Assembly: GCA_951406725.2 (NCBI GenBank)
Contig: OX597820.1
Location: forward strand, 68,076,001-68,140,000
Source of the DNA: Octopus vulgaris
Lineage: Eukaryota
Length of the DNA: 64,000 bases
Direction of reading: 5' to 3'
Shown here: positions 1 to 13,716 of the stretch, piece by piece
Layout: each line of letters begins with the position of its first letter
How positions within the stretch are numbered: position 1 is the stretch's first letter
Notes under the pieces: model-generated
What the model was told of the DNA's origin: nothing
Database searches by the model: none
What the model saw: the letters and a program-made list of their open reading frames with translations, nothing else
Translations under genes and position numbers: made by a program

Positions 1-215
1 CACGCATATTTTTTTTCTCTCCTTCTTTCTGTGTTTTTTCTCTGTGTATCTTTCTGTTGAAGAGCGTAGGCTCGAAACGTTAAAGACTTGTTTTATTTAT
101 ATTTCCTGAGCGCCATACTAATACAATTGTTTGTTTGTATTCCACCTGCCTTCGTCTTTTGTTTATTTCCGTAAACCTGCCTTCGTCTTTTGTCTATTTT
201 CATAAAGCTTCCCGT
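1..215 (+). mobile_element. Short Penelope-like (pLTR-derived) element carrying a minimal hammerhead-like motif at 49-86; family F1
   Basis: TCTTT-CTGTTGA-A-GAGC-GTAG-GCTC-GAAA-CG-TT-AAAGA, ending in (TA)n. Homologous copies on the - strand at 9393-9580, 14777-14968 and 42138-42320. Confidence 0.65.
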
Positions 216-247
<32 letters not shown>

Positions 248-363
248 AGAGAACAAGGTGTACGTACGCCACTATAAAATTCAAAATGGGATAAAAACGC
301 AAAAAATCCAGACAACTAGGTGATACAAAAAGGGACAACAAAACATCCAGATAGACAAGGACG

Positions 364-433
<70 letters not shown>

Positions 434-434
<1 letters not shown>

Positions 435-650
435 GAGGGGATAGTGAACATTTTGTGGCTTTGAGTAAAAGAAAATACAGGAGATTCAGTTAATTATGTG
501 ATTTTATTCAACATAATCCTCTCTCAGACTCATACACTTATTGCAGCGGTCCTTCGCATTTTCTAAGCCCTGAAAAAGAACTCGAAAGGTTAGGCCTCCA
601 AACAGGACTTTCGCGATACCTTTAATCCAGGAACTTTTCAACCCCCCTCG
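434..650 (-). mobile_element. Mariner-derived MITE
   Basis: TA|CGAGGGG...CCCCTCG|TA terminal inverted repeats. The - strand encodes a transposase C-terminal remnant (GLENAKDRCNKCMSLREDYVE, cf. RWxKCxxxxGDYVE). Second copy at 34144-34360. Confidence 0.85.
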
Positions 651-751
651 TATATTTACATATATATATTGCATATACATATATACAATCATACATACAT
701 ACATACACACATATGTGCATACATACCTATATACATACATATGTATATATG

Positions 752-796
<45 letters not shown>

Positions 797-1484
797 CAAA
801 GTTGAGTTACATACATTCACACATATATCTCTATATATAGTTCATAGATAAGAATATCAGATATTCTCCGTATAGACTACACTTTGTGGTGCTCAAGAGA
901 TTTAAACTTGAGCGGGTATAGACTTACATTTACTTCTATATCTCTCTCTACATATACACACTCATTTAATTATAAACATACATATACCTATACTCACATC
1001 CATCGAACTTCCAGAGAAATTCCGTTTACCAAATTCCATTGAGAACTTTATGATCGACTCTAAGACATTTATTCCAAGTAATATAGCGCAAGTACCGAAC
1101 ACAAAAATTATGTAGTTGCGATGTAGACTTCTTTTCACAAAGTTCCATTGTTTTCCATCCTTTTGGAATCGGTTAAAATAATAGGCCAATTATGTACAAG
1201 TGGGATGGACTTCAATACGATCGAATATCACGGTTTCCTTCAACCTGCTAGAATTTTTCTTATCGAAGAATTCACTATTTAAGGAACTTAGCAATTTATA
1301 TACATTTATATTGCTTGTAGTTTTCTACAGCTGTTTCAAATTTCTTCATAAATCCTAGGATATTTTGATGTTACAGATTCAGAGTTACCATGAAGTCATA
1401 AGTGACATCTAGTACTTATAAAACACTCTCACACACACTCACCACACACAGGCATACACATTCACAAACACACCATAAAGACTT

Positions 1485-2226
1485 GAGTGGCTGTGTGGTA
1501 AGTATCTTGCTTACCAACCAGATAGTTCTGGGTTCAGTCCCACTGCGTGGCACCTTGGGCAAGTGTCTTCTGCTATAGCCTCGGGCCGACCAAAACCTTG
1601 TGAGTGGATTTGGCTGAGGGAAACTGAAAGAAGCTCGTCGTATATATATATATATATCTTGGGTTTTCCGGAAAGTTCGTGCCGATTTTTAAAGGAAAGA
1701 AAATGGTCAATAAATACTTGCCATTACATTTTTAATCAACCAAATATGAACCATTTTGTTGCACAATGAGTCTCCATCTTTCCTTTAACTTGAAAATACC
1801 TTCTTCCCAGAATTGAGGTGGCAAAGAATTCATCAAGGTATCTTTTTACGTCATCCAAGGAATTGAAATTTTTACCATTAAGACTATTCTGCAGAGACCT
1901 AAATAAGTGTGAATCCGAAGGAGCAATATCTGGTGAACACATTCCAGGTAACACATCCCAGGGTAACACATCCCAGCCGACCTGCAGCAATTTTTGTCTG
2001 GTTCCCAAAGCATCAAGTGCCGAAAATGAACATTCTTACCTTCCATTTTAAAGGGTTACAGAATTAACACAGGTTATAGGAACATAATCCTTCTTCCATG
2101 AAAAGATAGCTTAAACTGTGCTCTAAATGGAGGTGTAGTCAAATCCTATTTTATGGACTTAACCATGTTCTAAAATAAGTCGAAAGACAAGCTGCTATAA
2201 ATCGGCACGAACTTTCCGGAAAACCC

Positions 2227-2294
<68 letters not shown>

Positions 2295-2480
2295 TTGTGT
2301 GCCTATGTTTGTTCCCCTACCATCGCTTGACAACCGATGCTGGTGTGTTTACGTCCCCGTAATTTGGCGGTTCGGTGAAATATACCAATAGAATAAGTAC
2401 TAGGCTTAACAAAGAACAAGTGTTGGGGGTCAATTTGCCCAAGCATGGCCTCAGTCAAATGACATAAACAAGTAAAAAAA
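1485..2480 (+). mobile_element. tRNA-derived CORE-like SINE (family A), split by a mariner insertion in its central (TA)n
   Basis: GTGGCTGTGTGGTAAG (A-box), GGTTCAGTCCC (B-box) and GGCACCTTGGGCAAGT core-like segment. The 3' half resumes at about 2290. Confidence 0.85.
1660..2227 (-). mobile_element. Internally deleted mariner transposon
   Basis: About 29-bp TIRs TGGGTTTTCCGGAAAGTTCGTGCCGATTT / AAATCGGCACGAACTTTCCGGAAAACCCA. ORF 1736-2008 carries TRQKLLQVGWDVLP...SPDIAPSDSHLFRSLQNSL (the mariner YSPDLAPSD motif). Confidence 0.92.
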
Positions 2481-2515
2481 GGAAAAGAAATTACATACAT
2501 ATACGCGTGCACAAA

Positions 2516-2557
<42 letters not shown>

Positions 2558-3033
2558 TACACACACACACATATTGTATGATCATTGTACACGTGCTATT
2601 ATGTTGAAATTTTCGAATGATGATGTTTATTTACAAGGTTTAAAAATAAATAAATATTATAAAAACATGCGATAAAAAATATATAAAATGATCGTTTTAC
2701 GAACAGATAAAAACATTTTGATGTTATCTTATCTAATGCTATTTTTTTGATTTAATCAATATTCGGCTCTCGGTTCTATACGAGTATCGATTATTCACCA
2801 AAATGTGTTGCAATAAGCCTTCAGTGCTTCACGACCTGCTTTTTTAATTGTTTCAGGCACATTAGCCTTTATAATCCCCACCACCCTCCACCCTCTGTAC
2901 AACGTGTTCGGCAAGAATAATTAGGTGAGTAGATGATATAATATACAGAACAAGCGTGGTTGTGTGGTATGACGCTTGCATTCCAACCACATGGTTCCGG
3001 GTTCAAACCTTGGGAAATGTCTTCTAGTATATA

Positions 3034-3134
3034 CAGTAGAACCTCGGTTTACGAACGCCTCTGATCACGAATAAATCTATCTAAAGTGCGATTTATTCGC
3101 GAATCAGAGTTGTTCGAAAATCGAGGTACTACTG
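3034..3134. mobile_element. Tigger/pogo-like 101-bp MITE, almost fully palindromic
   Basis: TA|CAGTAGAACCTCGGTTTACGAAC...GTTCGAAAATCGAGGTACTACTG|TA, nested in a family-A SINE whose halves lie at 2953-3027 and 3690-3915. Confidence 0.85.
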
Positions 3135-3159
3135 TATATATATATATATATATAGTTTG

Positions 3160-3453
3160 TTCCTTCTCAAGCCATGCCTGGCTCATAGGGCCGGTTTCCC
3201 GGTTTCTTTGTCGTATAGGTTCTCCACCTGGACGGGACGCCGATCCGTCGCTGGTGAGCTGCAAAATGCAGGAGGAAAGAGTGAGAGAAAGTTGTGGCGA
3301 AAGTGTCAGCAGAAGTTCGCCATTACCTTATACCGGAGCCGCGTGGAGCTTAGGTGTTTCGCTCAAAAGCACACACGTCGCCCGGTCTGAGATCCGAACC
3401 CGCGATCCCTCGACCGCGAGTCGACTGCTCTAACCTCTAGGTCATCTGCCTCC
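3160..3453 (-). mobile_element. tRNA-derived SINE (family C)
   Basis: The - strand head GGAGGCAGATGACCTAGAGGTTAGAGCAGTCGACTCGCGGTCGAGGGATCGCGGGTTCGGATC has A- and B-boxes. Confidence 0.75.
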
Positions 3454-3471
3454 ACACACACACACACAAAC

Positions 3472-3473
<2 letters not shown>

Positions 3474-3504
<31 letters not shown>

Positions 3505-3704
3505 TGTATGTATGTATGTATGTATGTATGTATGTATGTATGTATGTATGTATGTATGTATGTATGTATGTATGTATGTATGTATGTATGTATGTATGTA
3601 TGTATGTATGTATGTATGTATGTATGTATGTATGTATGTATGTATGTATGTATGTATGTATGTATGTATGTATGTATGTATGTATGTATGTATGTGTGTG
3701 TGTG
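3474..3704. repeat. (TATG)n microsatellite
   Basis: About 220 bp of perfect tetranucleotide repeat. Confidence 0.98.
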
Positions 3705-4260
3705 CGTTTGTATCTGTGTTTGCTCCCCAACTGCCGCTTGACAATTGGCTCTGGTGTGTTTATGTACCCGTGGCGGTTCGGCCAAAGAGACCGATAGAGT
3801 TAAGTACCAGGCTAAAAAAGTAAGTTCTGGGTTCAAATTCATTCGAGTAAAAGATCTTCAAGGCGGTATCCAAGTACGGTTGCAGCCTAATGACTGAAAC
3901 AAGTAAAAGATAAACGATAATAGATACTAAATAGAGAAATATATATTGGGTTGTCAAATAAATTCGTTCGTAGTTCCCCGCCACCCATTTACTAACTCTT
4001 TCTAATGTTATTTAAATTAAGACGGGAAATGATTTATCGAAGTGTTTTATGCAATTTTTTCTTGTGGCTTTATACTTTTTCTTCAAGTCTTGTCTATCGT
4101 TTTTGAAATTTGAATACATTTTAAACTTTTTACCGACATGTGAAGATAGAGAAAATAATAGAAAAAAAAACAAACAAAAATAAACATAAACGAACGATTT
4201 TATCTGACAACAAAATAGATACTGAGTTTTACACACTATTTTGAAGAGAAATACTAAGTA

Positions 4261-4651
4261 CTAGCAGTATCGGCCGGCGTTGCCTGGGTTTGTTTCGACC
4301 CTTTAGAATTGGAATTTTTGAAAAGTAAAAATTTTACATTATGTAGCTTGTTATTCTTTTTAAGTGAACATTTTTCTGGTTGAAATACACCGAAAAATGG
4401 CGACACAGCAGTCAAAAATCGTAAAAAATAGGGATTTTCATAGAAAAAAAGCTCCTTTTTGATGTAAATAATTTTTGGTGTTAACATGATCCGATTTGAA
4501 TTTTTTCTTCTGCGGAAAGAAGAGCAAGCCTTCTTCTATCATACTCTCAATTTTGGTCAACTTGCGCCGCAGGGTCTCGGAGGAGATAGTGTTAGTTGAA
4601 GGCTACCAAACCTGCCATACACAGACAACTTCAGCTTTATATATATAGAGA
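4261..4651 (-). mobile_element. Non-autonomous Helitron
   Basis: The - strand starts A|TCTCTATATATATAAAGCTG and ends in the GC hairpin CCCAGGCAACGCCGGCC plus CTAG|T. It is inserted at an AT dinucleotide with no TSD. Confidence 0.85.
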
Positions 4652-5644
4652 TTTGAAGAACGGTCATCTGTAGTTGGCGATATAAGAATGAGGCGGCTTA
4701 TACTGTTACCGGGTGGAAACGCTCCCATGTAACCAGTTTCGAAGAAGCTTAGCATAAATTTCTCCGTATTTATAACGATCCAATGAATGAATCATTCGCA
4801 GTAAAAGCAGCAAGCAGCCGAGATTTTTTTTCTGTGAAAAATAAAAGAAAAATAAGTATAAAAATGGTAGGAAAAAATATGAAGAAAGCACACAAATATT
4901 CACAAAAATAAACACAAGAAAATGAAAAAGAAAGAATATATCTAAGAAAAAATAAAGAAGAATAAAAAAAAGTTCTTTTTCTTTTCTTTCCATTTATTAT
5001 TTTGTTGTTACTGAGAATAGTTTGCTGAGATTCGATGGCCGGCAGCTGGAATATTCTTCGTTTGCCTTCAGGCAAGCATTGCTTCTCTTGATTGGAGCAG
5101 TGACAACGTTACGTCACATATTCTGAAACCATAGAAAAATCAGCAGAATTGTCTCGATTGCCATGGGTACCTGTAGAACTGAAGAATACCAGCATATATC
5201 TTAGACTGAAAGAAAAATCTTCTTTCTTTGCCAGTCAGTAGTGGAGTTTTTAAATTATTATTCTGATTGAATGGTGCAACATGAAATAAATTTAGCAAGC
5301 AGTTTATTAACTACTGCATTTTATGGCGTCTAAGAAACATTGCAGTATTTTTTCCGTTTTGATTTTTATTTCTCGATGCATGAAACATATTGAAAAATAT
5401 ATTAATGAAAAATATAAAAAAATATTATGGTCTTCCGTGGCCGTATTTTTACTGCAGTCTGAGTATTACAAAAGAATATTTTATCTACGCCAAAGCTTGT
5501 TCTTGAAAAATGTAATTCATTACGGTTAGCTGGAGTTAAACGATCCGCCAGTGAAAGGACATGTTGTTATCTTATAGTGGAATAGCACATCTTGGAGAAG
5601 GTTATTTGTGCCTGTGTAATAACCCAATACAGACATACATGCAA

Positions 5645-5838
5645 ATATACTTATTCGTGTATAAGTTGGTCTATTTTATATTTGATTTCAACTGAAAAAA
5701 CTGGGGTGCAACTCATACATGGGGGGGGGGGGTAATTCTAAAACTATGAACGGAAAAAAAAAATTATACTGAGATTTAATACTAAATTGGGTGGGGGCTA
5801 CTTATACATGATTGCGACTTAAACACGACTAATACGGT
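5645..5838. mobile_element. Degenerate Tc1/pogo-type MITE
   Basis: Ends GCGACTTAAACACGACTAATACGG|TA, with an inverse-related left end ATTCGTGTATAAGTTG. Confidence 0.45.
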
Positions 5839-6545
5839 AGACACACACACAGACACACACACACACACACACATATTTATACTGGCGTTCTGTTTGCAGA
5901 AGTATTGTCATTGAGAGAATAACACAAAATACTTCAAATGAATATTGTTGGCTGATATTATTACTGCTATGGATGGGAATAGTGCTTGGGAGGTAATCGA
6001 ACCATGAAACACAGGTTCTCGATTCGACAGGCGCTCCTAACATATATCTAGTCATTCAATCTTCCTCATATGTCTTGCATAGATACTTTTGTAAGTTTGA
6101 ATGTCCATAAATAGTATAAGAGGATAGACCGATGAAAAACTTTTATAAAATTTATATTAGCGTGCATACGTATGGTATGTTTCGTTTCTGTGTGAATACA
6201 CACACACACACTCACACACACTTGCACACATGCACATACACACTGTATATATGTATGTACACAATCTCTCTTGTCTATATAGATTTCAAAAGACATTCAT
6301 TCAATGATAGGATAATTAGTCTATCTCAGCTACTTTTATGTCAGTAAACTTCGTTAATTCTGAATATATGAAAATAGTCATCTGTCACCAGCAACAACCA
6401 AGGTAAATTATATTTTGCAAAAGACTGTATGTATCTGTGTTCGGCCATCTTCACCATCACCAGTTGAAAATAGATCGATTGCATATACATGCATGGATAC
6501 GTAAATTCATACATACATGCATACATATATACATACATATATCGA

Positions 6546-6728
<183 letters not shown>

Positions 6729-6913
6729 ACACGCATACAAAAATGTACGTACACATATACATATATATATTCATACACATAGATATTTATTCACACACAT
6801 GTATATGTATATGTATGTATGTAAATATATATGCGTTTGTGAGTGAGTGTGTTAGAGTATGTGTAAGTGTGTGTTCTCTAGTTCTAGATGTACACATCTA
6901 ATTAAAGAAAAGG

Positions 6914-7085
6914 ATGAAGAAGGAGAAGAAACGGCAGAAGAAGAAGACGAATAATAATAATAATAATAATAATAATAAGATGATGATGAAGAAGAAGAAG
7001 AAGAAGAAGAAGAAGAAGAAGAAGAAGAAGAAGAACAGAAAGAAGAAGAAGAAGAGGAAGAAGAAGGACAGGAAGGAGAGAAGAT
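6914..7085. repeat. (GAA)n/(AAT)n compound microsatellite
   Basis: Direct reading. Confidence 0.95.
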
Positions 7086-7923
7086 ACTTTCAGAGGACAC
7101 TAACCAATACTGTCCAATCCCTTAACAGGCTTTTTCTGCCGTAGGCACTGTGTCCTGGCACAAATAAGACGGCTAAGATAGTATGGCTTTGATGTAGACG
7201 ATATTTAGACCAATTTTAGCTTAATTAGGAAGAGGTCGGTTGGACGGATCACCGTATTAATCATTAGCACCAATCAGTGTTTTCAAACAAATGTATTTTT
7301 CATATTGGAATAAAGCTGGTATGTCGCTGTCGTCTGTTTGTCCTCACGGCTATAAGCGAGCGAACATATTTCTAGCAGACTGATCAAATGGAGCGTGTTA
7401 TTGTACGGAGAAGCGGTAGAACAATTTTTTGGTCATGACAGAATTATCGGATGAGCTGAAACGTGAAATCGTTCATAATATAGCACCACCAACGCATGAG
7501 CATGCATTACCAAAAAAAAAAAAAAAGTATGCAGATAGTTTCAAAGTAAATGCAAAACAGAAATACTTCAAATGAATTTATGGACATCGCGACTAAATTT
7601 TTGTGAAGTAAATCTATGACAATTGTATTTAGTAATTGGATTGAGAGTTTCAATGGAAATATCCGAAGATTTAAAAAAAAAAAGGGGGGAAAGCGAATAA
7701 CTAATTGGTATCGGCAGTCAAGATGCACAACGTAATGCTTACATTTTTCAAGTTACCTCCATTTTCGATTAGATTTTCGTTCCAGATGCATATCGTGTGA
7801 TGCGTTCACTTTCCGTTATACATACATATACATATATGCATTGAAAGACTCATAATGAGATACATACAAAAGTTCATACACATATAATTGTTTGCATATA
7901 TACATACATACGCACATACATAC

Positions 7924-7992
<69 letters not shown>

Positions 7993-9274
7993 TATACTTA
8001 CATACATATATACAAGTACAAATAATGCATGTATATGTGTGTGTGCGCGTATGTGTGTGTGTGATTGTGTGTGATTGTGTGTGTGTGTGTGTGTGTGTGT
8101 ATCTTACTGTATCTAGAATAACACAAGCCTTGAAATTCTGGGCGAGTGGGTTAATCAGTTACGCTATCAGTATTTGAATGGTAATTAATTTTATCGACAC
8201 GGAACATAAACCAAAGTAACTAGAAAATTAATTCACGGTAAAGAGGAATAGTTAAAAGACATCACATACCAAATGCAATCACGACCACAGTTAATATGAA
8301 AATATCTTTAGTCATATTACGATTCATGAAATAGAAAGAATGATAGAGGATAGCTACTGGACAGACTAATCAATACGCGATGAACAAATAAAACAGCTCT
8401 AGCAAAAATGTCACAATTTGGTAAAGCAGGATACGATTACGTTGTCAACAGGTAGCAGTGAATTGACAACTGAACGCACTGATGGAAAACGGTATACTAA
8501 AACAGTTTCAGAAAGCAGAATCTAAAACAGATACAGAAGTTACATACCTGCGAAGTCGGTAATTGAAAATGGAACAAGAAAAGATTTTATAAGTGAAACG
8601 AAAAGAACCACAGACCCACTTCAATAAAATAATAACAAGACACTAGAAGTCAACCAATCGTAAAAATAGAAACAAAAGAATGAACCAACCGCAAAGTTCA
8701 AAAAGCCAGAGAGAATAACCGAAAGAAAACATTCTTCGGAATCGATATATGTAGCACGAAAATCGAGATCACGTGAAAAAGGACACACTCAATACATACA
8801 TACATACATACATACATACATACATACACACGCAAAGAGGGAGAGAGAAAGGGAGATGTGATTTCTCGAGATGCTTATCGCAGTCGAGTGCGTTGTAATC
8901 AACACGTTCAAATTAGCTAGGATGCACTAATTAATATTCGTTAGAAAAGCTGTTCTGTCTCTAATAGCTATTTTATATATAGCCCACCAGCTTTTCGCGA
9001 CATCACTGACAGTTTGGCTAGCTTTGAATGGTTTTCGATCTGGCATTCGATGTTTGGCTGTCTGTTGCTGATGATCGGAAATACGATGAAATCATGTGAT
9101 ACAACAAGGCTATCCGCCGGTACTGATGATGTATCGTCAACGGGAAATATCTGTACTCTGTAGCATTTGTCGTCTACACGAAATGATTTTTCGAGGCATT
9201 TATTGCAAACGTAGGAAATAACGCAAACAAGTTAGATAAGATGCGCTATTTAATATTCGTCGGAAAGCTTTAGT

Positions 9275-9313
9275 TTGTCCGACGAACGGGAACGTGAAAC
9301 TTTGAGTAACAGT
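9275..9313 (+). ncRNA. Minimal type-I hammerhead ribozyme motif (family F3, U4C core)
   Basis: TTGT-CCGACGA-ACG-GGAA-CGT-GAAA-CTT-T-GAG-TA-ACAG: core, GNRA-capped stem II, short stem III, GUA triplet and stem I. Confidence 0.7.
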
Positions 9314-9340
9314 TTTTGTGATATCTTTGTACCTTTAATA

Positions 9341-9392
<52 letters not shown>

Positions 9393-9396
<4 letters not shown>

Positions 9397-9578
9397 AGAA
9401 TTTACGAAAAAAAACAAAGACAGGTGGTGTACAAAACAAACAGATGTATTAGTATAACGCTCAGGGATAGAAACAGTCTTTTACATTTCGAGTCTATGCT
9501 CTTCTACAGAAAGGGACACAGAAAAATCAAGGAGAGAAACAAGGAGAGAAAAAAGTGTGTAGTGGCTAACGATCTATC

Positions 9579-9580
<2 letters not shown>
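9393..9580 (-). mobile_element. Family F1 Penelope-like short element with hammerhead-like motif (9477-9513)
   Basis: Reverse complement CTGTAGA-A-GAGCATAGACTC-GAAATGTAAAAGA, flanked by (TA)n. Confidence 0.6.
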
Positions 9581-9640
<60 letters not shown>

Positions 9641-10767
9641 GTGTGTGTGTGAGTGTGTGTATATATATATATATATATATAAACTATTGTATCCAGGAAG
9701 TTCGGAGAAACAGTACTGAAATGTAGTGGTCTGGTATTCTACTACATGTATTGAGAACTCAACCGTTTCCTCTAAATATGTACGGAAAAGAATCTGATAC
9801 AATCGTGGTTAATTCTGAAGCTATGACAAGTGTATTTTGTGACTGAGATAACAAATATTCCAAATGAATATCACAAAGTTTATTGATGAGAAGAAAACTG
9901 ATAATTTTGGAATGTCTGAAGAAAAAATTTTTAGACTGATGTAACAAAAATAGGTTAAGAAAAATTACGACTAGGGAAAAGTTTTCTTTTCTTATTTATC
10001 TATGGACTCTTCAAAATGTTGCTCTGTAAATACGTAATTCAACTCTATCCTGGCCTTATATTTATTTCATATCTTTTATATGAAAGTAAAGGGTGTATAA
10101 ACAATATGAAAATGCACAGTAAACACCAGATTTAAAAGACGAAGTTTATAAAGTATCTGAATAAGATATAATCGCGTGATGAATAACTACAAACAAAAAG
10201 GAAAAAAAGAAAAACGTAATGAAATTGAACTGGAAATGAAACAAATTTGCTTAAAATTGAGATTGAGCTTGGAATATATACAAGAATTTTTTTCTAAGTA
10301 CTTTTTCTAAATTCTAAATAATTTCCCAGAAACTCTTAGATTTATTTCTTTAATTAAAACATTTTTATCAGAATAAAATATTTCAGATACGTTTAAAGGA
10401 AACTCCAGAATATATCTTCGTACATAGCTTAAAGATATTCGCCATTAAACCAAATATTTCTTTAGCTTCTTTGCTATTAAAAAAACAAACAAAAAACAAA
10501 CAAAAAACAAAAAGCCCTCAAAATGTTAGGTTTTGTTTTGCTTTTCAAAAGATTTATCTGTTATTTATTTATTTTTTTGTGCGTGTGTGCAAAAGTAAAT
10601 GAAATAAAAAAAACAAAAACGTATTTAATGTTGAGTTAGTTTCGCACCAGCTGAAGCAGACGATTAAAGCCAGCCTATAGCATTAATCAATGCCTTCATT
10701 GTACTTTTTGCGATTAAAACTTGACTTTCAGACAATATTGAATGAAATAATCCGTTGATAAAACCTT

Positions 10768-10781
10768 TATTATTATTATTA

Positions 10782-10861
<80 letters not shown>

Positions 10862-10868
10862 GTTGTTA

Positions 10869-10953
<85 letters not shown>

Positions 10954-10967
10954 TATTATCATTATCA

Positions 10968-11026
<59 letters not shown>

Positions 11027-11050
11027 ATTATTATTATTATTATTATTATT
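10768..11050. repeat. (ATT)n(CAT)n(ATT)n microsatellite
   Basis: Direct reading. Confidence 0.98.
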
Positions 11051-11584
11051 TTCTTTTCAGGCAAAGAAATGTATGCATTTATCTTTCCACTATGAATCCC
11101 AAAAGGGAGAATGCTTTCTGGCATGGGTAGAAAGGACAAAAGCAGGTGTTTCGAAAACTAGAGAAGTAAAAATAATTAAAGATGTAGATTTCTCACAGGA
11201 ATTGAAATTAATAATTATAAAAATCGGATACAGTAGCGGGTAGAGAAAGATGAAATGATTACAGGCTGAGATTGTATCGATGTTTCTATTGATGAATATT
11301 TTCCATTTGCTTTTTGGCATGAAAACTGAACCTATCATTTTGATCTAATTCAAATAATCAGGTTCATATTATTTCAATTATTCAATCTAACACTTGCGGC
11401 TTATGATCAGGGTTACGAGTAGTCAAAAAAGCAAAAAAAAAAACAAACAAACAAAAAAAACAAAACAAAACAAGAACAACCGAAAACCAAACCAAAACAA
11501 AACATATATATATATTCGACAGGAAAATATACAAACACACTCACACATACGTACCCACAAGTGCTCGAGCACGCAAACCTATAC

Positions 11585-11816
11585 TCTTTACTCTCTTTTA
11601 CTCTTTTACTTGTTTCAGTCATTTCACTGTGGCCATGCTGGAGCACCGCCTTTAGTCGAGCAAATCGACCCCAGGATTTATTCTTTGTAAGCCTAGTACT
11701 TATTCTATCGTTCTCTTTTGCCGAACTGCTAAGTTACGGGGACGTAAACACATCACCATTGATTGTCAAGCGATGTTGGGGGACAAACACAAAGACACAA
11801 ACATATACACACATAC

Positions 11817-11870
<54 letters not shown>

Positions 11871-12082
11871 CACATATATATATACATATACATATACATA
11901 TATACATATACATATATACGACGGGTTTCTTTCAGTTTCCGTCTACCAAATCCACTCACAAGGCTTTGGTCGGCCCAAGGCTATAGTAGAAGACACTTGC
12001 CCAAGGTGCCACACAGTGGGACTGAACCCGGAACCATGTGGTTCGTAAGCAATCTACTTATCCCACAGCCACTCCTACGCCT
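11585..12082 (-). mobile_element. Family A SINE, full length
   Basis: Reverse complement of the 22056-22502 copy, with an (AAAGAGT)n-like tail. Confidence 0.9.
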
Positions 12083-12419
12083 ATTTGTAATTCATATAAT
12101 ACTAACAGATGGTGTTCGTGAGGGAAGAAAGAACATACAGATATATATAAATAAGATATTTATAAACATTCAGAAGACATATGTAGAAGTAACATTACCA
12201 CTATGTCGGATATATGAATGTATGAGGTGTGTGTGTGTGTAAATATCTATATTTATGCGTGAATGTGCATTTATAAATATATGTATGTATATACTTACAC
12301 ACACATATATTTATGAGATTATATACCATACAACTGCGCATGACTGGCTAAGTATATGATCGTCTTTTCAGTGGCCAATCGTTAAAAGTTCATTGACAAA
12401 ACACACCTTCAGTGATAAC

Positions 12420-13260
12420 AAGATGGATATGTATTTATGTTTGTCGATATGCAGTTTTTCAAGAATGCAGAGTGTGAAACTACAAACCTCAGATAAGTAA
12501 TAAATGCTCCGTCCCGTGTTCGCTATGTGATGTTAGGAAAGTTTCCTTCGTTATAGAGTCTCCAGATGAAGTGAGACATAGACGGGGAATTTTCTGTGAA
12601 AGATTGCATGTGTCGTGTAAATCTTCCCTTGAAAGCATTGGCTGCTGTACCTGTGTAGTGTCTCATGATACCATCGGAATGCGTAAGAGTGGCTCTTTTG
12701 ATCACAGATTTTGAGATGAAAGGTCCTCCCGGAGGGCAGGTATTAGTTGTCGGGTGGTATGGGCTGAGGGCTGCATGTGCGCGCATTGGTTTCTGTTGTA
12801 GCATACACTGTTGGAAGTGATATTATCTAAATACGAGTAGTCAATTTGAACGTTTGCCCAGTGATGAGCTTATGATGTCCATGGATTCTTGGGAAATGTT
12901 GTTTAATTAGCCATTGGAAGCTTCTAGATATATTGGCAGGAATCTTTTACATCGAATAGAGGATTAAATCATATTACTGTTCTTATTTTAATCATCTCCA
13001 AGTTTGAAGTGGGATTGGGATACAAATACGCTAATCTGTCAATAATGCCACTCCTCGCTACTGTCTCTCTATAAGAGAGTGTGACGCTTTTGAAGATCTC
13101 TCTGTCCGCCGATGGATCGGAGATTCTTGTACTTGTGCCTGAGACTAGGTTTCAGCTACAGTTGGGGGCGGTAGCAGTTTATAGTGACAAAAGGTTCCTT
13201 CGCTAAGCTTTCTTTAGCATTAGTACTTGCCTGACTCGAGATTTAAGTTGATTCCAAGGA
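12420..13260 (-). mobile_element. Degenerate Penelope-like retroelement (Neptune-type) RT C-terminus plus GIY-YIG endonuclease remnant
   Basis: On the - strand: KIRTVI*FNPLF (IIWFNPPF motif, 12955-12989), CPPGG...VIKRA...YTGTAANAFKGRFTRHMQSF...MSHFIWRL (ORF 12523-12804) and TLCILEKLHI (CxLCLxEKL, about 12445-12478). The 5' boundary is uncertain. Confidence 0.85.
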
Positions 13261-13492
13261 AATCGACTTTCGTTAAGTTGGTGATATAATTTGTAGTTAA
13301 GCTGAATCCAACTAACGCGCGCACACACACACACACACGCACACACGCACAGAGACGCACGGAGATGCACAAGTATGTATATGTATGCATATTCAAATTC
13401 TCCGCTTATGCATATCGTCAAGAAAAATGGACATCGGGTGATTTTAGAAGGAAAAATACTCTGTTGTATCAGTACCGTTCAATATGCACATA

Positions 13493-13654
13493 GGCGTAGG
13501 AGTGGGTGTGAGGTAAGTAGCTTGCTTACGAACCACATGGTTTCGGGTACAGTCCCACTGCGTGGTATCTTGGGCATGTGTCTTTTCCTATAACCTCGGG
13601 CCGACCAAATCCTTGTGAGTGGATTTGGTATACGGAAACTAAAAGAAGCCCGTC

Positions 13655-13716
<62 letters not shown>

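Noticed and set aside
3370-3453. tRNA gene-like sequence
   Set aside because: It is the tRNA-derived head of a SINE. There is no complete acceptor stem and it continues into SINE body.
7443-7479. ATTAT-CGGATGA-GC..GT-GAAA-TCGTTC-ATAAT hammerhead-like string
   Set aside because: U4G core, 2-bp stem II and essentially no stem III, which is plausible by chance.
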